Source: Candidatus Rokuibacteriota bacterium (GTDB taxonomy: Bacteria; Methylomirabilota; Methylomirabilia; Rokubacteriales; DASRDR01). From it: DNA of 56,694 bases. The notes below the pieces were generated by a model. That model made no database searches, was not told the DNA's origin, and saw only the letters and a list, made by a program, of their open reading frames with translations. The stretch lies in NCBI GenBank assembly GCA_044866005.1, contig JBIOTN010000088.1:1-56694 (forward strand), written 5' to 3'. The position numbers were made by a program, and so were the translations under genes. Shown piece after piece: positions 1 to 9,727 of the stretch (its first letter is position 1; each line of letters starts with the position of its first letter).

Positions 1-76
1 ACCGGGGCGAGCCGGCGACAGGACCCGCGGCGGGCGGGGTGCACGCAGGACCGTCCGGCGGGACGCGGCCATGCGG

Positions 77-2371
77 TCAGGCCGCCGGGCCGGGGGCGGC
101 CGCGGGGTCGGCGGGCTGGCCCGCCGCCGCGCCGGCCCCGCCGTTGCCCGGGTGGAGCACCGGCAGGTCGATGATGAAGCGGGTCCCCTTGGGCGCGTTG
201 TCGTCCACCCGGATGTGACCGCCGTGGTCGGTGACGATCTGGTGGACGATGGGGAGCCCGAGGCCCATGCCCGTGGTCTTCGTCGAGAAGTAGGGCAGGA
301 AGAGCTTGTCTCGCAGCTCCGGGCCGACGCCGGGGCCGTTGTCGGCCACCACGATCTGGACGCGGCCCGCCACGCGATCCCAGCGGGTCGTGAGCGCGAT
401 CTCCGTCGCTCCGGCCTCCACGGCGTTGTCGATCAGGTTCAGCATCGCGCGCTTGAGGTGGTCGCCGTCGGCCTCCAGGACCGGGAGGTCGGGGGCGAGC
501 TCGGTCCGGAGCGCCACGGCCGGATGGGTCTCGCCGTAGAGGGCCGCGACCCCCTCGAGCAGCCGGTGCACGTCCGTCGGCTTCGGCGCGAGGCTCGGCA
601 TCCGGGCGAACCGCGAGAACTCGTCCACGAGGCGGCGGAGGCCTTCCACCTCGCCGATGATCGTCTCGGTGCACTCCTCCAGGACGCCGCCGTCGTCGGC
701 GAGCCGCCCCGTCAGCCGGCGCCGCAGGCGCTGGGCGGAGAGCTGGATCGGCGTGAGCGGGTTCTTGATCTCGTGCGCGATCCGCTGGGCTACCTCGCGC
801 CAGGCGGCGAGACGCTGGGCCGAGAGGAGCTCGGTCAGGTCGTCGAAGACCAGCACGCTACCCAGGTAGGCGCGGTCGGGACCCTGGAGCGCCGTGAGGC
901 TCGCCAGGAGCGTGAGTCGGCGGCCCTCGCGCGCCACCTGGACCTCGCGCTCGAGGGTCCCCTCCCGCAGCCGGTCCATCCGCTGCATCAGGGCGAGGAG
1001 GTCCGCGAACTCGGGTGCGGCGAACGCCTCCGCGGAGGGCCGCCCCACCGCCGCCGCGGGGTCGACGCCGAGCATCTGCGCGGCGGCCCGATTGACCGTC
1101 GTGACGACCCCCGTGGCGTCGGCGGAGACGACACCGGTCGCCACCGCCTCCAACACGGTCTCGGTGTAGCGGCGGCGCTCGGTCAGCTCCGCGTGCTTGG
1201 ACTGGAGGTCCGTGTACGCCCGCTCGAGCTGGGTCTTCGAGGAGGCGAGATCCTCGGTCATCTTGTTGAACGAGTTGACGAGGATGCCCACCTCGTCGTC
1301 GGCTTCGGCCGTGACGCGGTACTCCAGGTTGCCGGCCGCGACCTCCCGCGTGCCCTCGGCGAGACGCTGGATCGGGACCGTGATCCCCTTGGCCAGGTAG
1401 AGGCCGAACCAGGTCACGGAGAAGACGATGATCAGCGTCATGAGGAGGAAGAGCAGGATGTAGATGCCCTTGATCGGCTGCTTGAGCAGCTTGAGCTGCT
1501 TGTACTCCTGGAACGCCTGGGAGATCCCGCGGACCTGCGCCTCGAGTCGCTGGGGCACGTGGATGGCGACGACCACGGCGCCGAGGACCCGCCGCTCCGG
1601 TCCCGGTCCGACGATCGGGACCATCCCCTGGATCAGGTCTCCGTTGGCGATCTCCTTCCGGGTGGAGAGCTCCCGGCCGCCCAGCGCCATCCGGACCTGC
1701 TCCATGTTGACCGCGGTCGTGATGGAGGGGGCGAGCACCGGGTCCTTGACGTGCACGACCTCCTGCCCGCCGGGCGAGAAGATCGTGATCCCCGCCATCC
1801 CGTACTGCTCCTGCTCGTCCTGGAGGAAGTCGATCAGCGCCTCGCGCTTCTCCTCGGCCAGCAGGCGGTGCTGGATCAGGACGGTGGCGACGCGCTGGCC
1901 GTGTCGCACGGCGCCGTCCTGCATCCGCTCGTAGAAGACCTGGGCCACACGCATGGACTCGTCGAGCGGCCGTTCCACCTGGAGCTTGAACCAGCCCTCG
2001 ATCGACGTGTTGATGAGGTTGGAGGCGATCAGGAAGATCAGGATCGACGGCGCGAGGGCGAGCGACAGGAAGGCGACGACCAGCTTGGTCTTGAACTTCG
2101 AGCCGAGGATCTTGTGCCGGCGCTCGAAGGAGAGCTTGACGAGGTTGCGGAAGAGCAGGACCAGCAGGAGCAGGAAGACGATCAGGTTGAGGTTGAAGAG
2201 GGCGATGACGACGACGTTGGAGGCCACCGGCAGCTCCGGGGCCTTGATGCCGACCTCGACGGCCGTCACCGTGACCAGGAGGAAGAGGACCAGCGCGATG
2301 ACGACGAGGTTGCGCTTCCGCTTCTCCCGCTCGTCGCTGGGCGTGGGTGGGCTAGCGGGACGGTCGGCCAC
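77..2371 (-). CDS. NtrY-like sensor histidine kinase (TM, HAMP, PAS, HisKA, HATPase)
   Basis: AWREVAQRIAHEIKNPLTPIQL H-box typical of NtrY; NLIDNA, DNGPG, GMGLGL boxes; N-terminal TM helices. Confidence 0.88.
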   Translation of the reverse strand: MADRPASPPTPSDEREKRKRNLVVIALVLFLLVTVTAVEVGIKAPELPVASNVVVIALFNLNLIVFLLLLVLLFRNLVKLSFERRHKILGSKFKTKLVVAFLSLALAPSILIFLIASNLINTSIEGWFKLQVERPLDESMRVAQVFYERMQDGAVRHGQRVATVLIQHRLLAEEKREALIDFLQDEQEQYGMAGITIFSPGGQEVVHVKDPVLAPSITTAVNMEQVRMALGGRELSTRKEIANGDLIQGMVPIVGPGPERRVLGAVVVAIHVPQRLEAQVRGISQAFQEYKQLKLLKQPIKGIYILLFLLMTLIIVFSVTWFGLYLAKGITVPIQRLAEGTREVAAGNLEYRVTAEADDEVGILVNSFNKMTEDLASSKTQLERAYTDLQSKHAELTERRRYTETVLEAVATGVVSADATGVVTTVNRAAAQMLGVDPAAAVGRPSAEAFAAPEFADLLALMQRMDRLREGTLEREVQVAREGRRLTLLASLTALQGPDRAYLGSVLVFDDLTELLSAQRLAAWREVAQRIAHEIKNPLTPIQLSAQRLRRRLTGRLADDGGVLEECTETIIGEVEGLRRLVDEFSRFARMPSLAPKPTDVHRLLEGVAALYGETHPAVALRTELAPDLPVLEADGDHLKRAMLNLIDNAVEAGATEIALTTRWDRVAGRVQIVVADNGPGVGPELRDKLFLPYFSTKTTGMGLGLPIVHQIVTDHGGHIRVDDNAPKGTRFIIDLPVLHPGNGGAGAAAGQPADPAAAPGPAA

Positions 2372-2374
2372 GGG

Positions 2375-2965
2375 TCACCGGGTCCGCGTGATGGTGAGGA
2401 GCGGGGATTGCTCCCACGCCGACTCCACGCGGGACGAGAGAAACGGCACGATCTTCGAGAACGAGGCGTCCGGCGTGCCCGAGCGGATGTCGGCGCGGAT
2501 CCGGACGTAGTAGAGGTCTTCGCTCCGCAGGCTCGTGATGGGCGCGAGCCGGAGCCCGCGCAGCTCGGAGAGGACCCGCTCGGCCTCCCAGATGTCCCGG
2601 GTGACGTAGGGGTCGCGCTCGTCCCCTGGCCCGCCGGAGACGCGGTACTCCTTGGTCAGCACGTCGAAGACGACCTGCCGCTCCAGGATCTTGGCGGCGA
2701 CCCGGCGGTCCACCCACCAGGAGTTGTACTGCCAGAGCTCCACCTGGAACCGGACGGTCGCCGGGATCCCGGTGCCGAGCCCCTCCACCACTCCCTCGGG
2801 GAGCGAGCCGAGCAGGACGGCGTTCACCAGGAGCGTCTTCTCCGAGTTCGTGACGACCAGGTTCGAGACCCGTATCGGGCCGGCGGCCCAGGCGGAGAGA
2901 GACCAGAGGAACCCCAGCCCCAGTACGGCCGGCAGCGCCACGACCCACCAGCGCGGCCCGAGCAT
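2375..2965 (-). CDS. DUF4390-like exported protein
   Basis: Signal peptide; GIPATVRFQVELW and FDVLTKEYRV segments; directly upstream of NtrY-like kinase; ATG 2965 chosen. Confidence 0.65.
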   Translation of the reverse strand: MLGPRWWVVALPAVLGLGFLWSLSAWAAGPIRVSNLVVTNSEKTLLVNAVLLGSLPEGVVEGLGTGIPATVRFQVELWQYNSWWVDRRVAAKILERQVVFDVLTKEYRVSGGPGDERDPYVTRDIWEAERVLSELRGLRLAPITSLRSEDLYYVRIRADIRSGTPDASFSKIVPFLSSRVESAWEQSPLLTITRTR

Positions 2966-2973
2966 AGACAAGC

Positions 2974-2979
2974 ATTATA
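2974..2979 (-). promoter_or_regulatory. sigma70 -10 box TATAAT, 8 nt upstream of ATG 2965 (near-leaderless)
   Basis: Perfect TATAAT in >70% GC context; no SD. Confidence 0.55.
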
Positions 2980-2993
2980 GCGCCTGAACGACC

Positions 2994-3029
2994 GGGGGGG
3001 GCATCGGGGGGCCTGCCGAGACCCCCGAG
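2994..3029 (-). repeat. Intergenic repeat family A (G-run/C-run hairpin)
   Basis: Reverse complement ctcgggggtctcggcaggccccccgatgcccccccc matches copies at 30138, 40521, 56455. Confidence 0.7.
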
Positions 3030-3034
3030 GGACG

Positions 3035-3949
3035 CTAGACCGCGGCAACCCCTGACGGGTGGCGGGGCTCGCCTTCGGAGCGGGCGACCAGGTGCGACTC
3101 GGCCCGCGCCACCACGCCGGTGCGCCGCCGCCCGCGCTCGGCGATCTCGCGGACGAGGCGGTGGTTGAGCGCGTGTCCGGCGTTCCGGGCCACGACGTGG
3201 CCGATGACCGGCCGGCCGAGGAGGGCGAGGTCGCCGATCACGTCGAGGATCTTGTGGCGCACGAACTCGTCGTGGAAGCGGAGCGCGCCGTTGAGAACCC
3301 GCTCCTCGCCCACCACCACGGCGTTGTCGAGCGAGCCGCCGAGCGCCAGGCCCTGCTGGCGCAGGAGGTCGAGATCCTTGAGGAAGCCGTAGGTCCGGGC
3401 GGAGGCCAGCTCGGTCACGAACCGGGCCTCGGTCGGCGCGATCGAGGCCACCTGGACGCCGACCACGGGGTGATCGAGGTCCAGGGTGTAGCTGATGCGG
3501 AGCTCGGGCCCGGGGGAGATCTGGATCCATCGCTCGTCGTCGCCGACCCGGATCGGCTCGGTGACCCACAGCGGGGACCGCGCGGCGGCTTGCGCCTCAC
3601 GCCCCGCCGCGTAGAGCAGCGAGACGAACGGCGCGGCGCTCCCGTCCATGGCGGGCAGCTCCGCGGCATCGACCTCCACGAGGAGGTTGTCGATGCCGAG
3701 CATCCGCACCGCCGCGAGCAGGTGCTCCACCGTCTGCACCTGCACGCCCTCCAGGCCGATGGTGGTCGCGTAGTGCCCGTTGATGAGGAACGCCGGCTGG
3801 ACGGGGACGTCGACGCCCGCCGGGACCACGCGGAACACTACCCCGTGATCGGGCGGCGCGCTCCGGAGGATCAGGCTGACCGGGGCTCCGGTGTGGAGAC
3901 CGACTCCCTCGCACCGGACGGTCTTCCGGATCGTCTGCTGGAGCTCCAT
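3035..3949 (-). CDS. lpxC: UDP-3-O-acyl-N-acetylglucosamine deacetylase
   Basis: QQTIRK..GVGLHTG, TVEHLLAA, MDGSA, ARTYGF, GGSLDNA, EFVRHKILDVIGDL, GHALN. Confidence 0.96.
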   Translation of the reverse strand: MELQQTIRKTVRCEGVGLHTGAPVSLILRSAPPDHGVVFRVVPAGVDVPVQPAFLINGHYATTIGLEGVQVQTVEHLLAAVRMLGIDNLLVEVDAAELPAMDGSAAPFVSLLYAAGREAQAAARSPLWVTEPIRVGDDERWIQISPGPELRISYTLDLDHPVVGVQVASIAPTEARFVTELASARTYGFLKDLDLLRQQGLALGGSLDNAVVVGEERVLNGALRFHDEFVRHKILDVIGDLALLGRPVIGHVVARNAGHALNHRLVREIAERGRRRTGVVARAESHLVARSEGEPRHPSGVAAV

Positions 3950-3985
3950 GAGCAGGGGCCCTCCCCGACCCGGGCCGTAAAAGCG

Positions 3986-4001
3986 AGCAAGAGCAATGCC
4001 A
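3986..4001 (-). promoter_or_regulatory. sigma54 -24/-12 promoter of lpxC
   Basis: TGGCATTGCTCTTGCT with GG-N10-GC spacing, 36 nt upstream of ATG. Confidence 0.65.
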
Positions 4002-4173
4002 TCGGGACCCCGGCAGGACCCACCCGCCCGGTTCGGGCGATTTCGCGGGAATTTCGCCTCCTCGCTCGATTGGGAGCGGCGGGAACGAGGGGCGGTGTTG
4101 CATGGGCAAAACAGCATACTGGGCGTCGGCGTTGCGTAGACGTAACAGTCGGAGACCCGGCCGTGCTTGAAAA

Positions 4174-4608
4174 TCAGATGTCCAGGACGAGCCGCACGCT
4201 GACCCGATCCGGCTCCCGGACCAGCGCGAGCTCGTGGAACGTCGCCGCCTTCACGACGATCCCGCGTGGGTGCCGGGCCGGATCGATCGGCTCGCCCGCG
4301 AGCCGCGCGTGGAGGCGCGTCCCCGTGATCTCGGGCCGCGCCACGTCGTGGACCGCGAACTCTTCGACCTCGTGGAGGTAGAGGAGCTCGTTGACCCAGT
4401 TGACGAGGAGGCCTTCGAGGCTCTCCCCCTGGGCGCCGACCTCGCGCGACTCGGCCGGCCTGACCGCCTCGAGCGGGACGATCAGCGCGAAGACGCCGAG
4501 CGCGCACTGGCGGAAGCAGCTCTCGAGGGTCGGCCCCCAGGCGTGGACGCCGACGTCGGCCGCGACCTCGAAGTGCTCCCACCCTTCCGCGCCGGACGCC
4601 GCCGCCAT
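4174..4608 (-). CDS. Archease
   Basis: EHFEVAADVGV, WVNELLY, VKAATFH, C-terminal LDI; start overlaps rsmE stop. Confidence 0.9.
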   Translation of the reverse strand: MAAASGAEGWEHFEVAADVGVHAWGPTLESCFRQCALGVFALIVPLEAVRPAESREVGAQGESLEGLLVNWVNELLYLHEVEEFAVHDVARPEITGTRLHARLAGEPIDPARHPRGIVVKAATFHELALVREPDRVSVRLVLDI

Positions 4609-5372
4609 CACGGCGCCTCCGCGCCCGGGGGCTCCGCGCCCAGGTCGCCGAAGAGATGCTGGCAGAGAGCGATCGCGACGATCGCCGCCGACTCGGCGCG
4701 GAGGATCCGGGGCCCGAGCCCGACGAGGCGCGCGCCGGCCGCCTCCGCCCGCTGCACCTCCTCGCGCGTGAAGCCGCCCTCCGGGCCGACCAGCAGCAGG
4801 AGCCGCCGCGGCCGCCCGGCCTCTCGCGCCAGCCGTGCGACCGACGGGCCGCCACCCTCCCAGCAGAGCCACGCCGCGTCGTGCGCCCTGGTCTCGGCCA
4901 GCAGGTCCCGGAGCGGGCGCACGGCCTCGACCGCCGGCACGCGGGCCCGGCCGCACTGCTTGACCGCCTCGCGCGCCACCCGCTCCCACCGCGCGCGCCG
5001 CGCCCCGGTCCGCTCGCCGGCGGGCCGCGCGACGACCCGCTCGGTCTCGAGCGGCACCAGGCGCGCCACGCCGAGCTCCGTCGCCTTCTGGATGACCCAC
5101 GTCATGCGCTCACCCTTGAGGATCGCCTGCGCGAGCGTGATCGCGCAGGGCGACTCGCCGCCGGGCGCGCGCTCCCCGAGGATCGTCCCCCAGGCCGCGC
5201 CCGGCGTGAGCGCCTCGAGCCGCACCGTGTAGACGCGGCCCAGGCCGTCCGCGGCCTCGACGAGCGCGCCGGGCCGGAGGCGGAGGACGCGGGCGAGGTG
5301 GTGGAGCTCCTCCCGGTCGAACCGGACCGTTCCCGCGACGATCGCCTCGGGGCGGATCACGCAGCGCCGCAT
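4608..5372 (-). CDS. rsmE: 16S rRNA m3U1498 methyltransferase
   Basis: HLARVLRL, QKATELGV, EAVKQCGR, VGPEGGF, LGPRILRAESA. Confidence 0.94.
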   Translation of the reverse strand: MRRCVIRPEAIVAGTVRFDREELHHLARVLRLRPGALVEAADGLGRVYTVRLEALTPGAAWGTILGERAPGGESPCAITLAQAILKGERMTWVIQKATELGVARLVPLETERVVARPAGERTGARRARWERVAREAVKQCGRARVPAVEAVRPLRDLLAETRAHDAAWLCWEGGGPSVARLAREAGRPRRLLLLVGPEGGFTREEVQRAEAAGARLVGLGPRILRAESAAIVAIALCQHLFGDLGAEPPGAEAP

Positions 5373-5377
5373 GGTCT

Positions 5378-5420
5378 CTGGGAGGGGGCCTCGACGGCCC
5401 CCTCCCATGCCTCCCCCGGA
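5378..5420 (+). repeat. Diverged family A repeat hairpin
   Basis: tgggagggggcctcgacggccccctcccatgcctcccc: same stem-loop plus ATGCC-C-run layout. Confidence 0.5.
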
Positions 5421-5481
5421 TTGCGCCGGCAAAAGCCGGCGCTCGGGCGGCCTTCCAGTCCGGGCGCGGCCGTCCGGAGCG

Positions 5482-6384
5482 TCAACGGGCAGCCCGGTCG
5501 CGGCGGAGGAGGAGCGCGGCCCAGCCCTCGTGCTCCGTGACCTCCACGAGCCCGAAGCCCTCGGGGACGAACGACGCGGCGACGACGGCCGTCTCCGGAG
5601 CGAGGAGGCCGGCCGCGATGAGCCGGCCGGATCCGGTCGCGTGGCGCGCCAGCACGGGCGCGAGCGCCACGAGCGCGGGACCGAGCAGGTTGGCCAGCAC
5701 GACGTCGCTCGGGGGCCCGGCCCACGCCTCGAGGCTCGCGAGCTCGACGCGTACCCGCTCGCCGACGCCGTTTCGCGCCGCGTTCTCCGCCGCCGCCGCG
5801 ACCGCGTCCGGATCGACGTCGAGCGCGCCGACGGCCGGGACGCCGAGCAACGCCGCCGCCACCGCGAGGATCCCCGAGCCGGTGCCGACGTCGAGCGCAC
5901 GCGCGGCCGGGGCGGCCGCGAGCGCGCGCTCGAGCAGCTCGAGCGCCCCGCGGGTCGTGGCGTGGCTCCCCGTGCCGAAGGCCCGGCCGGGCTCGATGAC
6001 GATCGGCGTCCGGCCCGCCCGCACGGGGTCCGAGGGGGCCGGCACGTCCCAGGGCGGACAGACCAGGAGCCGGCGGCCGATCGGGAGCGGGCGGAAGTGG
6101 GCCCGCCACGCCTCGGCCCAGGTCTGGTCGGGGAGGCGCGTGATGGCCAGGTCGCCCGGTCCCGGGGACACCGCGAGGGCCCGGAGAGCCGCCAGGTACG
6201 CCGCCACGCGGCGACGCAGCTCGCCGGGATCGCTGCCGGGCGGAAAGAAGGCGCGCAGCCCGACGGGGGTCCCGTCCCCTTCTTCGACTACCCCGAGGGC
6301 CCCCGCCTCCCAGAGGAAGTTCGCCACGGCGTCGGTCGCCTCGGGCTCGAGCCGGACCGTCAACGCCCAGTAGTCCGAGCTCAC
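5482..6384 (-). CDS. prmA: Ribosomal protein L11 methyltransferase
   Basis: IEPGRAFGTGSHATT, LDVGTGSGILA; located between dnaJ and rsmE. Confidence 0.93.
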   Translation of the reverse strand: MSSDYWALTVRLEPEATDAVANFLWEAGALGVVEEGDGTPVGLRAFFPPGSDPGELRRRVAAYLAALRALAVSPGPGDLAITRLPDQTWAEAWRAHFRPLPIGRRLLVCPPWDVPAPSDPVRAGRTPIVIEPGRAFGTGSHATTRGALELLERALAAAPAARALDVGTGSGILAVAAALLGVPAVGALDVDPDAVAAAAENAARNGVGERVRVELASLEAWAGPPSDVVLANLLGPALVALAPVLARHATGSGRLIAAGLLAPETAVVAASFVPEGFGLVEVTEHEGWAALLLRRDRAAR

Positions 6385-6401
6385 CGGTCGCGGCGGTCAG
6401 A

Positions 6402-6575
6402 GCCGGGCCGAGACCCGAGCAGATCCAGGACGCAGGAAGGAGCCGGCCCGAGGCGTACTCCCTGTACGTCGAGGGCCGGCGACGACCCCAGAGGCCGGGA
6501 CGGCCGCGAGGCGATAGGCCGCGCGCGTCCCGGCCGTGATGCAGGACGCCGGGATGCGACGGGTATCGGCACGGC
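6402..6575 (+). repeat. Repeat family B (MITE/REP-like, terminal inverted repeats)
   Basis: Ends GCCGGGCCGAGACCCG / CGGGTATCGGCACGGC; internal gaggcgtac..gtacgtcgag; homologous to 13177-13296. Confidence 0.75.
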
Positions 6576-6589
6576 GACAGGCACGGCGG

Positions 6590-7690
6590 TCAGCCGCCGA
6601 GCAGCTTCTTCAGCGACTCCAGGAACCCCCCGACGAGCGGCCCGTGCTCGCCGGGCTTCGCGGCGCGCTCGAACTCCTGGAGGAGCTCCTTCTGCCGCGC
6701 GGTGAGCTTGGTCGGCACCTCGACGACCACGTGATAGCAGGCATCCCCCCGCCCGCGGCCCTGCAAGGCCGGCATGCCCTTCCCCTTGAGGCGCAGTGCG
6801 TCGCCGTTCTGGGTCCCGGCCGGCACATCGAGCGTGGCCGTCCCGTCGAGGACGGGCACGACGACCTCCCCCCCGAGCGCCGCCTGGGTGAACGTGATGG
6901 GCAGCGTGCAGTGGAGGTCCAGGCCGCGGCGGGTGAAGAACGGGTGCTCGCGGACGTGGACGACGACGTAGAGGTCGCCCGGCGGACCGCCCCGCAGCCC
7001 GCCCTCGCCCTCGCCGGTCAGGCGGAGCTGGGTGCCGTCGTCGGCGCCCGCCGGGATCCGGACCTTGAGCGTGCGCTCCTGGGCGACGCGCCCCTCGCCC
7101 GCGCACTGCTTGCACGGGTTCCGGTTGACCGTCCCCTCGCCCGCGCAGTGGGGACAGGTGCGCGCGACGGTCAGGAACCCTTGCTGGTAGCGGAGCTGCC
7201 CCTGGCCGCGGCACGTCGGACACGTCACTCGCTTGGACCCGGGCTCGACGCCGCTTCCGCGGCAGGCCTCGCAGCTCTCGAGCCGGGGGATCTGGAGCCG
7301 CGTCTCGAGCCCGTTCGCCGCGTCCTCCAGGCCGATCTCCAGGTCGTAGCGGAGATCGTCGCCGCGTCGCGCCCGCGAGCGTCCCGGCCCGCGCCCCGGC
7401 CCCGTCCCGAAGAACCCCTCGAACAGATCCTCGAACAGGCCGCCGAAGCCGCTGAGATCGACGCCGCCGAGGTCCACGCGCCCGAATCGGTCGTACTGCG
7501 CGCGCTTGTCGGGATCGGAGAGGACTGCGTAGGCCTCGTTGATCTCCTTGAAGCGCTCCTCCGCCGTCTCGTCGCCGGGGTTCCGGTCGGGGTGGTACTT
7601 CAGCGCGAGCTGACGGAAGGCCTTCTTGATCGCGCCGTCGTCCGCGTCGCGCGCGACGCCGAGGATCTCGTAGTAGTTCCGCGTGGCCAT
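6590..7690 (-). CDS. dnaJ: Chaperone DnaJ
   Basis: J domain HPD, G/F region, four CxxCxGxG motifs. Confidence 0.96.
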   Translation of the reverse strand: MATRNYYEILGVARDADDGAIKKAFRQLALKYHPDRNPGDETAEERFKEINEAYAVLSDPDKRAQYDRFGRVDLGGVDLSGFGGLFEDLFEGFFGTGPGRGPGRSRARRGDDLRYDLEIGLEDAANGLETRLQIPRLESCEACRGSGVEPGSKRVTCPTCRGQGQLRYQQGFLTVARTCPHCAGEGTVNRNPCKQCAGEGRVAQERTLKVRIPAGADDGTQLRLTGEGEGGLRGGPPGDLYVVVHVREHPFFTRRGLDLHCTLPITFTQAALGGEVVVPVLDGTATLDVPAGTQNGDALRLKGKGMPALQGRGRGDACYHVVVEVPTKLTARQKELLQEFERAAKPGEHGPLVGGFLESLKKLLGG

Positions 7691-7758
7691 GCGTCAGCGC
7701 CGGGGGGCGAGGCCGCGGGGTCGGGCGCTCGGACCCCTGCGCGGGGCGGGGCGCGCGC

Positions 7759-8361
7759 TCAGGAGGCCGCCTCGCGGAAGTCCGGTGGGGACGCCGGCTC
7801 CACGGCCACGACCACGCGCGCCGGGCGGAGGACGCGGTCGCGGAAGAGATAGCCGCGGAGCATCTCGGTGACGACGGTCTGGTCCGCGACGTCCGCGCGC
7901 TCGACCCGCGCCACCGCTTCGTGGCGCTCGGGATCGAACAGCTCGCCGACGGCGCTGAAGGGCCGCACGCCCAGGCGCTCCAGGGCCTTGAGGAAGTCCC
8001 GGTGGATCAGCTCGATCCCCTCGCGGAACCCGCCGTCGCTTCCGGGGGCCGGCGCCGCGGCGAGGGCGCGGTCGAAATTGTCGAGGACCGGCAGGATCTC
8101 GCGCAGGAGCTGCTCCTGGGCCCGAAGGGACCACTCCTCGCGCTCCCGGCCGACGCGCTTCCGGAAGTTGTCGAAGTCGGCGAGCGTGCGGAGGTAGCGG
8201 TCGTGGGCCTCGGCCGCCTGGCGCGCCTTCGCCTCGACCTCCGCGCGCAACTCGGCGGCCGTGGCGTCGCCCGCCGGCGCCGAGCCGGTGGCCGTCCAGC
8301 TCTCCGCGTGGCCCGGTGAGGCGCCGCCCTCGTCGGGGTCGGTGAACCGATCCTCGCTCAT
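7759..8361 (-). CDS. grpE: Nucleotide exchange factor GrpE
   Basis: RTLADFDNFRKR, LPVLDNFDRAL, FDPERHEAV, GYLFRDRVLRPARV. Confidence 0.95.
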   Translation of the reverse strand: MSEDRFTDPDEGGASPGHAESWTATGSAPAGDATAAELRAEVEAKARQAAEAHDRYLRTLADFDNFRKRVGREREEWSLRAQEQLLREILPVLDNFDRALAAAPAPGSDGGFREGIELIHRDFLKALERLGVRPFSAVGELFDPERHEAVARVERADVADQTVVTEMLRGYLFRDRVLRPARVVVAVEPASPPDFREAAS

Positions 8362-8363
8362 GG

Positions 8364-9419
8364 CTAGGCGTGAGGCTCCGAACGGGACAGGCGCGTCAGG
8401 CGGCGCGAGACCAGGCGGGCCGTGTATTCCACGAGCGGGACGATCTTCGCGTACGGCATGCGTCGCGGTCCGACGACCCCGAGGACGCCGAGCACCCGGT
8501 CCCCGTACTTGTACGCCGCGGCCACGAGGCTCGTCTCGTGCATCTCCTGATACGGCATCTCGGAGCCGATGACGACCTGGACGCTGTCGCTCACGCTGGC
8601 CCGCGCCGTCAAGAGCTCGATGAGCTGCCGCTTCTCCTCGAACGTCCGGAGGATCGCCCGCATCGCGCTGATGTCGGAGAACTCCGGCTGGTCGAGGATG
8701 TTCGTCGTCCCGCTGTAGTAGAGGTTCTTGTCCCAGAGCGAGGCGAAGGCCTTGCGCGCCAGCACCGCCGCCAGCCGGGCGATGCGGTCGGCCTCGGCGG
8801 GGGCGGCGGCGGGGTCGGAGAGCTGCGTCCGGATCTCCTGGAAGCTCAGCCCCCCGTACCGCTCGGTCAGGACGCGGGCGATCTCGCGAAGCTCCGCCGG
8901 GGACACCGACTCCTCGAGCGTGAGGATCCGGCTCGTCCCCCATCCCGTCTCCGTCGCCAGGACGACGAGGGCCCGGTCACCCGCGACCGGGATCAGGTCG
9001 ATCCGCTCGAGCCGTGTCTGTCGCAGGGGGGGCGCCAGGATCACCGCGGCGTAGTGGGACAGCGTCGAGAGCTGCGCCGATGTGGAATCCATCAGCTCGT
9101 CGATGTCCGAGCGCGTCCCCGCCGTCTGCCGCTGGAGCCGGAGGGCCTCGGCCCGCCCGAGCTGGCCCCCTGCGAGCGTGTCCACGTAGAAGCGGTAGGC
9201 CTGGTCCGTGGGGACGCGGCCGGCCGAGGTGTGGGGGTGGGTGAGGTACCCCAGCTCCTCCAGGTCCGCCATGGTGTTCCGGATGGTGGCGGGGGAGAGG
9301 CCCAGGGCGTACTTCTTCGCCACCTGGCGCGAGCTGACCGGCTCCGCCGTGACGATGTATTCGAAGATGACAGCTTGCAGGACCTGCCGGCCCCGCTCGC
9401 CGAGCTCATCCAAGCCCAC
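8364..9419 (-). CDS. hrcA: Heat-inducible transcription repressor
   Basis: SPATIRNTMADLEELGYL, PHTSAGRVPTD, GVVGPRRMPY; GTG 9419 preceded by GGGAGG. Confidence 0.95.
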   Translation of the reverse strand: MGLDELGERGRQVLQAVIFEYIVTAEPVSSRQVAKKYALGLSPATIRNTMADLEELGYLTHPHTSAGRVPTDQAYRFYVDTLAGGQLGRAEALRLQRQTAGTRSDIDELMDSTSAQLSTLSHYAAVILAPPLRQTRLERIDLIPVAGDRALVVLATETGWGTSRILTLEESVSPAELREIARVLTERYGGLSFQEIRTQLSDPAAAPAEADRIARLAAVLARKAFASLWDKNLYYSGTTNILDQPEFSDISAMRAILRTFEEKRQLIELLTARASVSDSVQVVIGSEMPYQEMHETSLVAAAYKYGDRVLGVLGVVGPRRMPYAKIVPLVEYTARLVSRRLTRLSRSEPHA

Positions 9420-9450
9420 GGTGCCTCCCAGAGAGTCGGGTTCTGACCTA

Positions 9451-9479
9451 AATATCAAGCTCCGACGCGGAGTTGTCAA
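9451..9479 (-). promoter_or_regulatory. Putative sigma70 promoter of hrcA operon with palindromic spacer
   Basis: TTGACA-N17-GATATT; spacer contains CTCCG-CGT-CGGAG. Confidence 0.5.
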
Positions 9480-9727
9480 GCTTCGCAGCGACGCTCCGAC
9501 CCCGGCCGGGACTCGTACCCGGGGGGCAGGCCTCTTCCCGTCTTCCCGGCAGGCGCCGCCGCCTCAGACCCCCCGGGACGGGCCGGCCCGTCCGCCGAGG
9601 AGAAGACTTCGTGATTCCCTCGGTCCGCCGGTAGAATGCGCTGCATTCTTCGGCTCCGATCGGGCCGAAGGTGGCGCGGGGCTCTCCGCCTGCGACGGGG
9701 AACAGCTCGAGCCGAGGGGAGGGGCAC

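Noticed and set aside
71..2980. Long antisense and alternative-frame ORFs (e.g. 71-2980+, 19350-22442+, 43787-48067-, 51079-53760+)
   Set aside because: Shadow ORFs expected at very high GC; they lie opposite well-supported genes and have no motifs
3035..4855. 606-aa ORF as an N-terminally extended LpxC
   Set aside because: Extension overlaps archease/rsmE in another frame; LpxC homology begins at ATG 3949
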